DNA of 64,000 bases from the human T2T-CHM13v2.0 reference genome, Homo sapiens: assembly GCF_009914755.1 (NCBI RefSeq), contig NC_060926.1. One strand, 5' to 3'. Below the pieces are notes generated by a model. It did not search any database, was not told the DNA's origin, and was given only the letters and a program-made list of their open reading frames with translations. A program made the position numbers and the translations under genes. Below are positions 52,501-64,000 of the stretch, one piece after another; the first letter of the stretch is position 1; every line of letters begins with the position of its first letter.

Positions 52501-55114
52501 CAGACCCTAAAACACCAACCTCAGTTAAAAACCTAGCCCTTCTTCTATCTTTGGAGGGAAGGTCAGATTTTGTTCCCAGTTCCCTCAAGGGGATTTAACT
52601 AGCTCATCTCTAAGGTCATATTTAGCTCTAACAGAATATGAATCTTGATTTTTATGGTTCTAGGATTCTACGACATTAAGTAATAACCACAGAATATACT
52701 TTTATATTTCTGTTTCAAAGCTCTGGCCCGTATGTGATTGACCAGGTGGGTGGAAGGAGTGGAAAAGCAGCAGGATACCCCTGAGGAGGTTGCTGTGGCC
52801 AGCAGCAGACGTGGGCAGGTGACTGCTCCCCAGGGATCCTGCAGAAAGGATGCATGCAAATGTTGTCTCTTCCAGGGGTCGGGATGTCAGGGCTTGTCTG
52901 CTACCTGGTCCAGTCCCTGAAAAGATTATGATGCCCCCCATACCTGGTGTGTAGTTTGAAATTAAAATATCTCTTTGTTATAAAACTCAAAGTTTATACA
53001 GATGTTAAAATGAAAATCATGAGGGCTTATGTTTTGTTTTGTCTTATTATTAAGGTTTCCTGGTTGTAAAATTCTGTACAAGTTCATAGAAGCGAAAATT
53101 TTCTGACTGCTACTGTATGCATACATTTGGGTCTTTCTGCTTAAAACTTTCACATTGACTTTGAGCTTGGGTTTGAAATTTTGCCCCTTATTTTTGTCAA
53201 ATGCCAACTTCATGGTTCTTTCAGTCATTCAGATGTGGAGAACCATGAGTCTAAGGTTCTTATCAAGGCCATGCAGCTGGTGTCTGAACTGGAATTTGAA
53301 TCCACTGCGCTCTGAATCACTGGGCATTCATGCTAGATATCTCCGTGAACTAGGATGGTTAATTTATTACATTTATCATATTTAGAACAACACCTTCATA
53401 AAAAGGTGTATAAACCAGTCATCATGAGCCACACACTATATTCAACCCATTTTCAATACCTAGGTTTAACTTGCTGACTGAGATTTCCACAGCATGAAAA
53501 TCAAAAGATCTGGGTTTTTATCCTGCTTCTAACTAACTGTATGATCTAACACAAGTCATTGGGCTTCTACTGACTTTCTTTTCTTGACTGAAACATCCCT
53601 CTTGGATTGGGCCGTGAGCTATTTATTCACCTACAATCTATCGAACACATTCGAAAAGACAAGTTAGACCCTGGGATAACAAAAAAAATAAGTTATAATC
53701 CCTCTCCTTAAGGAGCTCCCCTTGTAGTAGAATAAAGACCACTGGGCTTCAGGGTGCTGTGTGCTTTGACAGAGGTGTGAGCCTGGTGCTGATGAAGCTC
53801 TGAGGAAGGAGAGATGCCTCCTCCCAGCACCTCCAGCTCTGAAACGCATGACTCTAAAAATGACCGGCCTTTACACAGATATATCTCTTCTCCATCCTTT
53901 GGAATGTAATTCATTTGAAGGTGAAAAATATGTGTTTACTGAGGGCTTTAACATAAAGCCACATGAATAGTAGCTTAGCTCACTTAAACACTTCATAAGA
54001 GAAAATTGTGATGACAACATAATGTTAGCCATTTAGCTTCTTTTTAAAGGTAGAATAAAAGCTTCGATTATGTTTTTGAGTTAGTGTGTTATAAATTAAG
54101 AAATGATTTGGGCTTTACAGAATTTAGAAATTTATCATTTCTTTTTATTCCATTGAAAAATAAAGGCAAAGTACCATATAACGGTTGGACTCACCACATA
54201 CAAAAGATGGATATTTGTGTTTTTTCTTTGTAAGCAGTGTTGAAAAGTATTTAGATAAATTATGTGAAATAGAAAGCTTAAATTTCATATTTCTTAGTAA
54301 AGTATCTGTAAAGGGAAAAAATTCAAATCTTATTTTGTTATAGTAAATTAAAATGCATTTTCTAAGGAGAATATTCATATTCAATTATTTTACTTACATG
54401 CTACTTCCTTCTATAAAGAGATCATACATAACTTTGCTTTTTAGTGAAATTAAATTGTAAACTCTTCTCATTGGTGTTGGAAATGATTTGCACATTGAGT
54501 TACTAAATATTGCTAAACATTCATAACCTATTGACTTTGAGACATTTTATATCCTAAGACTTTCCAAGTGTAAGCTTGAGAATACTTTGATAAATAAGAT
54601 GACCAAATTATCATTCATTTGTTTAAGATACAATGAAGTAATAATATAGTTATCATAAAGACTGAGTAATTGACAATGTTTGCCTTCAATGTGAATTTAA
54701 GGAGGGATGTCTATGTGGGGAAGGAGAAGAGAAAAATGAGGGCAATATGCTTAATTCATGTTGCCTTGTGGATGACTTTGTTCACAGGGTACCCAAAGTC
54801 CCCAATCCAAGATGTCTCCTCTCTCATCCACTAATGAAATAGCATCCAAAGGTACCAGAACCCTGATCTCTTAGGTCTTGCTCTAGTGCTCTTTCTATTA
54901 TACCACCTTATAAGGGCTAGTGATTTTTTTGGGGTGGGCTGGGGAACAGGCCCAAATGAACTCTACTTAGATCTTTAGTTCAAAAAGGAATAGTGAAGGT
55001 AATGGTTTTATTATTTACTCAAAATGTTTGCTAGGAACTCAAGCACCAGGTATATTTAGCCAGAAAGCCTAAAGAACAAAGTCGACGTTAAGTGATTTTA
55101 AAAGTAAATGACAC

Positions 55115-55418
<304 letters not shown>

Positions 55419-57384
55419 TTATAAAATGCAGGAGAAAAATACAAAATTATGAACTTGGATTTCTAATTTAGTAGTCCTAAACTTCACAGCTGCCCTTTGA
55501 AAACTGAATTTGCACAGGTCGCATCTCATTGATTAGATTTCACCCTGAGCTGCAAAGTCCTTCAATGAACTTTATGCATAATATCTTTCTGGTTCTATCC
55601 TGAAGAATATTCACACTACTTTGTGATTATGCAGAGATGACAAACATTAACTTATTATTATTTGAGTGCCTTTTCTTCCAGGTGGCTGCATGTGTTTTTG
55701 GTTCTGATTTGTAGATGAAGGGGAATGTGGGCCACAGAAAGCTCCACAGTAAGAGATGGTACATGTAGAGATTAGAGAAGCCCATCATCTCCTTTTTTGA
55801 TAAAAATGTTATTTGAGAAAACCATTAATTTTCTAGGTGTTTTAAAAGAATGAATAACCCTTTTCAATCTGAGGTCTCTGCTTTTGGAGACTTATCTCAG
55901 GGTTAGGCAAAGAAGATGATCACCCCTCAGCTGGGCTGTGCAACTGCTTAGCTTCCTGATTTCATTGTGGAATTGGCCTCTTAATTTTCCCCAACTGGGT
56001 CCTCTTGGCTCAGGGGAGACTTTCTTGGTTAATGCCAATCAGGATGCTGTTGTTTCTGAACAATTAAAACACAATCCACACCTCCTTTAATTGACAAACC
56101 TCAATGATTATAATGAAAGACCTTCTGATATTTTAAATCCAGAATGGCCGTGAGCTGCTGGGTACCAGGAAGCCAGGGAGAGATGGGTGGATGGGTCACC
56201 TGACACAGGGCCTGGCAATAAAAGAAGAGCTAAAGGGGGTGAGATAGGTGGAGATAAAGGTGAAAGTGTTTTATTACTTGGCAACCCATCATTTTAAGGA
56301 GGAGAGAGCCCCAAAGAATAATGGAACTATGCAGATAAGGTGAATTTGGCTGCTGAAGAAACAAACGTTACTCTACAATGGTGTTGTCAGTTGACAACAT
56401 CTATTTATTGAACACAGCACAGAGCACTGTACTAGGCATTATGCCAGGGCTTAAATTACACAGACACTCTCAGACTCACACCCCCTTTCTTCCTGTAACC
56501 TGGAGAGAAGGGAAACAGGGAAGAGATGTTTGCTTCCTCCCTTTCCTTAGGGTTTGTACTATAGTGAATTACATATTCCAATGAGATGATTTTCCATAAT
56601 GACAGTCTTTGTCAACACTAATATCCTGTTAAGGAAAGATGACTCTTTGCCGAAGAGAACATAATACAGTTTCATAAATGACAATTATAACACAGGATGA
56701 AACATGGATAAAATAACACTTTTGTTTATGCTGAGACAAGTTTTCCAAGTCTCTTTAGGTCTCTTTAAATATAGAGCATTGTCTGCCCTCCCCTTGACCC
56801 TTTCTCTTCCTCACCCCTCCTCCATTTCCCCCATTCTTATTTGGAATAGTCACCCCCACCTCACTCCATGACTTGGTTTCGCTTCACTCTGCAAGAGCAC
56901 AGAGCCACTAACAAAAGGAAGAGGGTGTGGAAGATAAAAGCAGTTACTCAGTGAGGGGTCCTGAGTGGGCAGTTTAAGCTATGACTGAGAAATGTCTCTA
57001 CCTACCTGCTACACCTCTCCCTGCCCATTTCATTAAGCACAGGTTCTTTTTGGATAACTAGGTTCTCTGGGGGGATGTGGAACACCTCTTTGGCGTGCTA
57101 AGCTTTTTACTCACTTTCATCTAATAATTAATTCAAACAAATCAACACCTGACTCAGGGCGAAGATGCTTTGATGCTGGTACAAAAAAAAATTGCAAAGA
57201 TGTGAAGATGCTGGTGCAGAAGAGAAGGCCAGCAGGACCAGGACAGGAAGAAAGCATGAGAGAGGGTGCTGGGACTCCACCCACATCAGGTTTTCTACTC
57301 CAGACTGGCTGTAACTCCCACTTCTGCACACTTGGGTTCCCAACATCCTCCTTAAATGTTGGGAGGTGTCCACATATGATCTTA

Positions 57385-57780
57385 TGTTAGGGGCTAAATT
57401 GTTTGTTTTCTACAAATTCCAGTGTTGAAGCTCTAACCCTCACCACCTCAGAATGTGACTGTATTTGGAGATAGTCTTTAAAGAGGTGATTAAGTTAAAA
57501 TGAGACCATTAGGGTGGGTCCTAATCCAGTATGACTGGTGTCCTTTTATGGAGGAGAGAGACACTAGACATCAGTGCACACAGAGGAATGACCACGTGAG
57601 GACACAGCATAATAGTAGCCACCTGCAAGCAAAGGAGAGAGGCCCAGGAGAAACAAGCCCTGCCAGCACCTTACTTAATCTTAGACTTCCAGCCTCCAGA
57701 ATTGTGAGAAAATAAATTTCTGTTGTTTAAGCTATCCAGCCTGTGATATTTTGTTATGGCAGCCCCAATAAACTAGTATG
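57385..57780 (+). mobile_element. MLT1B-like MaLR LTR
   Basis: CCTCAGAATGTGACTGTATTTGGAGATAG, CCTAATCCAGTATGACTGGTGTCC, GACTTCCAGCCTCCAGAATTGTGAGAAAATAAATTTCTGTTGTTTAAGC. Confidence 0.9.
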
Positions 57781-60498
57781 TGTATAATGAAGCCCTAGAC
57801 AACAAGGGACTCTCATTTCTCCGCATATTTGTAGAACTCATCCCAATTATATAGAGCTCCTACTCTGAGTGCTAGACACAGTGTTAAACACTTTCCCTGT
57901 GTTATCTCGTTTAACCATTAAGCTGAATCCTCCAAAACCCTTTGGAAATCAGACTTATCTAAGAAACTCACTATTGTAGTGAAGCTGTTTTAAAGAAGAA
58001 TTGAAGGTATTTTTCTTTATCTTATAATCTGTTACATTGTGTTACATTTTAAGATAATACTAATCTAAGGACTGATAACAATTTAATTTGCCAGAATCAT
58101 TAAACCAAATAACATCTTTAACAGTGGCTGCTAGACAGGGGCAGCTGTATATTTTAATGCCATATTTGGGGGAAAAAAAACAGGGTAGCAAACATATCTA
58201 TAAATAAGAATTAATTGCTACAAATTACCTGGGAAGGGAAAAATGTCAAGTTCATATAAAGAATATTATTGACCCATGGATTTACAGCTATATAATAATT
58301 TGGTACCTGGTTTATTTCTTAAAGACCTAGCACGTTTCTTGTTTTCTCCTGCTATATTACGTGTACATGGCGTTTCAATAATCAAGCAAAAAAGATGTAT
58401 GCACTATCTTAGTCTTTGTTGTCTAATTAAAACTTTTTATGCATAGCAATTGCTTACCATTTTGCATTATCACCAGAGCTCATTTCTCATGGAAAAAAAA
58501 TTAGCATCAGTTTAAAAGAATATTTCTTTAATCAACAGTTCTGATTGTCAGTAGTACCATTTTGTAGATAGTTTTTAGCTGACTAACAAATCTTTTATTT
58601 TATTGGCTGTCTCATTTTGCTCTCTTGCATATTTCACATTTATGGTCTATTCAGACATTCTCCTGTTTTGTTAAGTGGAAATCTGTGTGGTCTTTGATGT
58701 AAGACATAATTTATTTGACAAGGAAATATGAGTCTGTGCCCTGAATCCACATTTAACTGATGGATTGAGAAATTTTAAAATTGCAACAAGATAGACTCTC
58801 CTCCAGATTGCCGTACTACTTGCATTTTGCTTATCTATTTGGGAGTGAATTTACATATGTGTGTCTATATACGAATATATAGAGAGTCATACAACCATGC
58901 AGCTGTACTTGTGCAATTTTTCTACTTTGTTAATAGAAAATGCAGTCTCATTTTGTTAGTCATTAATGGTTCCTATAGAAAATTTTTAAAGAATTTTTTT
59001 CTGAAATTAAATTCAAGATACTTATTATGTTTTATCTTCATATAGATAGCTTTATAAAGAGAGTGATGTCTTCAAGTCTGTACTGCTCGCTTCTCAGCCT
59101 AGTAAATGGAAGTTTTGTTAACATTTCAAGATTTATATATTTCATATGTTCTCCCAAGTCTATGGCCCAGTTCTGGTAATTGGAAACTTACTTTCAGCTC
59201 ATTCCCTCTGCTCAGACTACTTGTCAATTAACCTTTGCAAAATGATAGTTTTAAAAAATATGACTTTCATATTTCAATCATGTTCATTTTCAATCATCTC
59301 AAAATGTAGAAATTGAATAACACCCGGGGTTCTACAGTGCTTTTTACATATCATTTAAGGTTTAAAACATCTCTTTGATGTTCAAATATGACTGCCATTT
59401 ATATTCAATGGATGAGATTAAGTGGTTAAAATTACTTGTACTGGGCATGCCCCTGCTTTGTTTATAGGTATGAACAAAACACTAAGGATTTTTCATAAAT
59501 ATGCACCATTTCCATTGATGTTTTTGACTGCTGTCTGTGACACACTAGGTAGGCCATATTAAGTAATGGGGAAGAAATCATAGGTCCTACTGTGATATTA
59601 AAAATTTACATTTTGATGAATTAAATAGAGTTGTTGACCATTCTACACTGTTGATTATATGAAGGGAAAAAGCTAACAACTTCTAAGAATAAAAGGGGTG
59701 AAAAACAGGAAAAAAACAAATGTTAAATGCCAAAGATTGGCAAGTGCAATCATTGGTAGGTTGACAGTGGCTACTGAGTCTTGTTTTTTGAGAGGTTGGA
59801 GGTTACCGTCTCCTAGGATAGTAGCTAAATAAAGGGGAAAGAGGTCCACCATTTAGTCCAGACATGTCGACTAGAGCCTGTGAACTATTTTGCATGGTAT
59901 TGTGGTTTTACAAAGATAAATTAGACCTCAATTTTCCCCACTGTAGCAGCCCCCCTCTACTTACCCTGCTGAATTATTTCCCATCCTGGACTGCTTAATC
60001 ATTTATTTGCACACCTGTGTCTTCCTTGGAGTATATTTTGTTTTCCTAACCTGGCAGGTGGAGAATGTTTCACCAAGAATGTCACAACTCTTAATATTCA
60101 TGCCTGAGAAGGAGAATAAGAACACAACCATCTCTCAGAGTTCTTGGGAACATCTCCACGTAAAATTTTTTGTTATTTTCCTGCCTTCTGCCCTCTTAGA
60201 TCTTAGATCCTCTTTGAAACAAAAGCTCTCATTCTTAGAGTATCTTCTCCTTCTCTTAGAAAACCCACCCTATAATATTTAAACTCCGTTTAATAACCAC
60301 CCTTACCGTTTGGGAAATTTTTCAAACTTTGCCTAATCTTTCCTTTGTCTTGGACCCAATTTACTCTTCAACCTGCCAGGAGAGAAATTATGTAGCACAT
60401 AGACATGGTCTCTTCCTCTCTTGCCTTTTTCATCTTTTGTTTTTCCTTTTTCATTCATCATTGAATGCTAGTGGAATCAAAATCCAGTGATAATTTCT

Positions 60499-60638
60499 GG
60501 CCAGGCATGGTGGCTGACACCTGTAATCCCAGCACTTTGGGAGGCTGAGGCAAGTGGATCATTTGAGCCCAGGAGTTCACCACCAGCTTGGGCAACATGG
60601 CTAAACCCTGTCTCTACCAAAAAAAAAAAAAAAAAAAA
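60499..60638 (+). mobile_element. FLAM_C / Alu left monomer
   Basis: GGCCAGGCATGGTGGC...TTGAGCCCAGGAGTTC...CTGTCTCTAC then poly-A; diverged TSD AAAATCCA..ATAAT.TCT. Confidence 0.88.
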
Positions 60639-60709
60639 GGAGATAGAAAAAAAATCCAACAATAATGTCTTACACTGATGATACGTAAAGTAATAGGGGA
60701 TTGTAGGGT

Positions 60710-61050
60710 CTGATACACATAGATTTGACTCTGGGTACTACATTACTGTGTGACTTTGGGGAGGTTCATATCCCTTCATTGCGTCTCAATTTCCCCCTCT
60801 GTCGAACCTACCTTTCAGAGTTATGCAAATAGAAATAAAACATTTAGCACAAGCCTGACACAAAATAGCATGTTCAGTAAATGCTGTCTTCTCAAAAGCA
60901 GTATAGAAGAGGTTAGTGGCATCCACCAGTTGTGTGATGTGGGCAAGCTATCCAACTTCTTGGTTTGGTAACAATTTATTTCCTGGGGTTTTTGTGAGGA
61001 TTAAATTAGTTAATATCTGTAAAACAGTTAGAATAGGGCCTGGCATCTGG
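60710..61050 (+). mobile_element. Two MIR fragments
   Basis: CTGTGTGACTTTGGG; TGTGATGTGGGCAAG; TTGTGAGGATTAAAT...GTAAAACAGTTAGAATAGGGCCTGGCA. Confidence 0.65.
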
Positions 61051-61265
61051 AAAGCATTATTTTGGTACGACGTACCATTATTTTCCTCTTCTTTCTTCAA
61101 GATATGACCCTGATCTCATGAACAAGGTTAAGTGTAACCATTGTTTCCCAATGACTTGAAGCAAAGTTGAGCTGCGAACTTGTTGGTGAAATAGAGCCTT
61201 CTTTAGCTGATTTCCAAGCAATGCTCTGATGAGAGCATGTTAACTTTTCTTGAAAGAAAGAAAGT

Positions 61266-61575
<310 letters not shown>

Positions 61576-61595
61576 TTATGAGCTATGAATTATAG

Positions 61596-62116
61596 TGTAG
61601 GGGAGAAAAAGGGCTATCTTTCCCTCACTTATCATAAGGCTCATGGCTGAGGCCTCTATAACAAAAGACAGATTAACAAGAGAGAAGCACATAAACATAA
61701 TTAATATAAGTTTCATGTGACATGAAGGCCTTCAGAAATGAAGACCCAAAGAAACAGGGAAACCTGTGTATTTTTATGCTAAATTTGATGAAGAAGTGGA
61801 TAGTCGTGCAGAAGTATGATTAGATAAAGGGTGTATGATCTAATGGTAATAAACCGGGGAACTTAGTAAGGCCTGATTGCTCAGATTCTTTTCTGTTTCC
61901 CTGTGTCTTCAAAGTCCTTCATAGAGACATTCTTTTCCTCCCTAAGGTATAGGGAGGGTGTCTCTGAAATGACTGTCTTATGACCTACTTTGGAAGATGA
62001 GATAATTTGTTGAGGGCCTACTTTAGGGAAGAAGATGAGAGTGACCATCCTGCTTCTACTGTTTTCTCAAATGCCAAGGTGCCATATTTTGAGATTGTGT
62101 GTTCTGCACCCCATCA
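61596..62116 (-). mobile_element. ERV1 LTR, MER67/MER31 group
   Basis: TG...CA ends; TAACAAAAGACAGATTAACAAGAG, GAAATGAAGACCCAAAGAAACAGGG, CAAATGCCAAGGTGCCATATTTTG. Confidence 0.75.
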
Positions 62117-62449
62117 GTGGCCTTTGCTAGGACACTGGATAGGTTGGTTGGCTATAGTTCTCAATTGTTCTTATGCATATGGGAATCCAGGAAACCAAGC
62201 TGAGATTAAGGAAAGAAAAGCCCTTAAGAGTGAATCTTTGAGTATTAAATTCTACATGTATCAGCATTCAAAAATGTGAAAGGAGAGCTTGCTAATTATT
62301 TCAGCAGTGAAATAAGCAACAGTCAACCTGGTTTATTCATGTAGGTTGGAGTTGACAGTCAAATGAAATCCCAGTGAAAACTCAGGAAAGAAATTCAAGA
62401 TCAACTTTGTTTTTCTACAAATCAAAAAGACATTAAAAAATGTAACAGT

Positions 62450-62832
<383 letters not shown>

Positions 62833-64000
62833 TTACACAGACCCTTATGAACACAAATTAAAGATAATGTATACAGCATTGAGCTTTTGGAATTCTAAGT
62901 AGTTGTTCTCATTATATCTTGTCTGAGCATCAGTGTGATTAAAGCAATTGATTTTTCCTTTATCATTTCATCTTTTTATCCTTCATCAGTAACCTCTTAT
63001 AATCTTTATTCACTGCTATAAACAAAGACAATGTCTTGACTTCATAAAACCGATACCTTTTTTCCTTGGTTTTATTTTAGAGCTAGTTTTGGCCCATGAT
63101 GAATTGCTGAATGGTTGATTTCCTGACACTCCTTTTTGCTAACCTTTCTTGACAGCTTCTGGATTGCTCTACCTAGTAATTTGTTCCACAATAATGGCTA
63201 CTGTGAGATGTCTCCTATTTCCTTTATTTTTAACAAGGATTCTTAACACCCTCTGTAGGTAACAATATGCAATTACAGATATAAAGTGTTCCCCAGGGGA
63301 TGGCTGCTCACAGATGCCACTAAGAATTTTGTAATGCAACTGTTAAAGATAATGAAAACAAAGAATCAGATTATCCAAACATCCAGTTCAAATCAAATTT
63401 TAATTAAAAGTTATGAAGGCATTTTATTGATTAACAATTTTAGTAATTAAAGAGTGTGGTTGACATTTTTTTTTCCAGTTAGATTTGTTCTTCCTTTGAG
63501 ATTTCTAATTGTTGTATGGTTTTACATTTATTGATAACTCTGTTTGATGAATGCAGATGCCACCTTTTACGGCCATCGTTGACAGAGTAATCATATTGTG
63601 AGAAACACCAGGCTTATGTAGTAACAGCTGTTGCAGTTATCCATGCTGACATCCATCGGGGAAATGTGTTTGCTGCTATCATGGGTACACGATAAATGGA
63701 AGGTGCAATAAAAGCACAAGCTAACATTTTGAATATCCTTACAACTCTGGGAACTTTATTGCATATTACAAGCACTTTGATCTCTGTCCAGTACTTAAGT
63801 CTTAATTATCAGACTAATTGCACAGACTATGTTCATTTTCAGTGGTAATCCTTTTGTGATTAGCTTCTGTGTTCAATAACTGACTTATCTTTTAATTAAA
63901 AGGACTGTTAACCTTAAGGCTGCTGCTGTGTCTTGGGATTAACCCATACAGAGTTAATGTTTAATATCATTGTAAAAGCTTTTGCTGAAAGGTGTAGCAT

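Overview
This window is primate, most likely human or great-ape, non-coding genomic DNA (intergenic or deep intronic), AT-rich and dense in transposon relics. I find no credible protein-coding gene, tRNA, rRNA or CRISPR array; the longer ORFs in the track fall in Alu, L1, THE1, LTR12 or low-complexity sequence. Recognisable elements are about 18 Alu/FLAM copies (J, S and Y, one near-consensus AluY), L1PA/L1M fragments, MIR and L2 relics, several hAT MITEs, a full two-LTR THE1 provirus (18888-21120), a solo THE1 LTR, a near full-length HSMAR2 mariner (27464-28681) and a CpG-rich LTR12 solo LTR (36954-38274) whose promoter points leftwards. The best leads are: (i) strongly bounded non-coding exon candidates on the minus strand, one downstream of the LTR12 promoter; (ii) a chimeric Alu + antisense FLAM + Alu-tail insertion under a single target-site duplication (TSD); (iii) a strong CTCF motif and repeat-poor blocks with PBX-HOX/MEIS motif clusters, suggesting a developmental regulatory landscape; (iv) a DUX4-type to AP-1 motif switch between the two THE1 LTRs. 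I see no evidence of a wholly new biological system. Subfamily calls and the edges of old repeats are by-eye estimates from remembered consensus sequences, and I could not identify the locus.
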